Shown here: positions 18,965 through 20,000 of the stretch, piece by piece
How positions within the stretch are numbered: position 1 is the first letter of the stretch
Layout of the letters: each line of letters begins with the position of its first letter
From: Peribolospora baueri
Lineage: Eukaryota
NCBI GenBank assembly: GCA_029717555.1
Contig: JAMDHS010000036.1
Coordinates: 181,234-201,233, forward strand
Direction: 5' to 3'
Length of the DNA: 20,000 nucleotides
Made by a program: the position numbers and the translations under genes
Notes under the pieces: generated by a model
Database searches by the model: none
The model's input: the letters and a program-made list of their open reading frames with translations, nothing else
What the model was told of the DNA's origin: nothing

Positions 18965-19794
18965 CCCGGGGGCAACAGGGCCGCGCGCGCCGTCAGGCCC
19001 GGAGGGGTAAAACTAACCGGAAGAGGAAAGTAGGGGTTCGGCGGCAAAACACAACTTATATCATAGAGATAGAAAGGAGAAGGGCTGCGGAGTTTGTCGC
19101 GGGCGGTGAGGGGGGGGCCCACCTCCGCCTCCCCTTACGTTCCCATTTCCGTACCCGTACCCGTAACCCGAGCCGCCACTTTTTTGTTGTTGTGCGATAC
19201 GACAAAAGCAACCAAACAAAAAAAGCAAACCAAACAAAAAAAGCAAAGCAAAAAGCACACGCGACGATGCCATGACGTGTGTCCATTCATCAATCGACTC
19301 GACGGACCAAGGAAGAGAAGGGGTTAAAGAGAACGCCCGTGGGGAAAAGAAAAGGGTGGGGAATGGTGGGGTTACTCGGGGTTGCTCGAGGAATCGGTGT
19401 AATCGGCATCGACGTTTCCGCGGGGGAAGAAGCGAGCGAGCGGGCGAACGGGGTGAGCGCGTCGTGATCATGCCACGGATCGTGAATCGTTAATAACGTG
19501 GGGGGGGGTGACGGACGGAGCGAGCGAGGCGGTGACGGAGCGAGGCAAAAGGAAGCGAATCGACGGAGCGAGCGCCGGCCGAAAGGAGCCCAACCAAGAC
19601 GCAGACATCCAAGAGCAAGAGGGGAGTAGAATTTCGGACCGATGGAGGAAAAGGCATTGGAACAAAAAAAAGTACAAAGGACAAAGCAACGTGTGAAAGC
19701 GGAGGGCAAGCAAGCAGCAGCGAACGCATGGGATCTGCGGCGAGGGCGGGCGCGAGGGAAGGGGGTCCGTCGGGTCGAACGGAGCCGACAGCGC

Positions 19795-19901
19795 TCAAAC
19801 CTTCTCGGCGACCTTTTCGGTGCTCTGCGTCTCGATCGCACCGGTCGGAGGCGTGGGCTGCTTGGCGCCAGTGATGTCATCATCGTGCACCTCGACGACG
19901 T
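19795..19901 (-). CDS. Probable terminal exon of an unidentified gene that starts beyond the window
   Basis: On the minus strand a pyrimidine tract (TTCTTTTTCTTCGCCCTC) and AAG acceptor (AG at 19903-19902) precede host-like GC3-rich codons: xVVEVHDDDITGAKQPTPPTGAIETQSTEKVAEKV-TGA. A T-rich 3'UTR-like stretch follows. Product not recognisable. Confidence 0.6.
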
Positions 19902-20000
19902 CTTTCCGCCCGACCCGACAGACGCGAGGGCGAAGAAAAAGAACCGGACCGGATCCATCCTCGATCACTCCACAATTCAACCAGCATTCCGTGAATGCAC

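Larger units (their letters stand above)
16513..19069 (-). mobile_element. Non-autonomous Helitron derivative (2,557 bp) with internal deletion and an inverted helicase segment
   Basis: Minus-strand 5' end A|TCTCTATGATATAAG (19070|19069). The 3' end is a hairpin (16524-16543) 11 nt before ..CACACTTG|T (16513|16512). No TSD; removing it leaves ..ATATATATA|TAGAAAGG. Contains Rep/helitron_like_N and PIF1 helicase remnants. The 5' boundary is less certain than the 3'. Confidence 0.88.

Noticed and set aside
16513..19069. Two independent adjacent Helitron insertions, or a captured host gene
   Set aside because: Only one 5' end and one 3' end were found, both in the Rep orientation. The helicase piece has no termini of its own and all internal coding sequence matches RepHel motifs. 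A nested fragment from another copy cannot be fully excluded.
19056..19958. Phe-rich, membrane-like ORFs (19056-19286, 19290-19958)
   Set aside because: Derived from T-rich 3'UTR-type sequence of the terminal gene. Only the 19795-19901 frame has host-like codon usage.

Overview
GC-rich, intron-containing fungal genomic DNA. The protein sequences suggest a basidiomycete, possibly Ustilaginomycotina; this is from memory and unverified. It holds three complete conserved multi-exon genes, all reconstructed by hand in continuous frame: the SSN6/CYC8 TPR corepressor (minus, 8 exons, ~1437 aa, 30-Q tract), TRM2 tRNA m5U54 methyltransferase (minus, 8 exons) and PRP5/DDX46 DEAD-box helicase (plus, 6 exons, ~1170 aa). 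TRM2 and PRP5 lie head-to-head. Downstream of PRP5 is a 2,557-bp Helitron derivative (16513-19069, minus) with both termini recognisable: A|TC 5' end, subterminal hairpin plus CTTG|T 3' end, inserted in a (TA)n run. Its Rep half stops just after HUH motif 2 and is joined, through an apparent 8-bp microhomology, to an inverted PIF1-helicase C-terminal fragment. This is the most unusual structure in the window, although a sequencing or assembly artefact must be excluded. Other points: a probable dual-start (mitochondrial/nuclear) TRM2, a Sin3-interaction-like helix in the Ssn6 tail, and 19/19 introns with GTGAG donors. The window ends in the probable last exon of an unidentified minus-strand gene.
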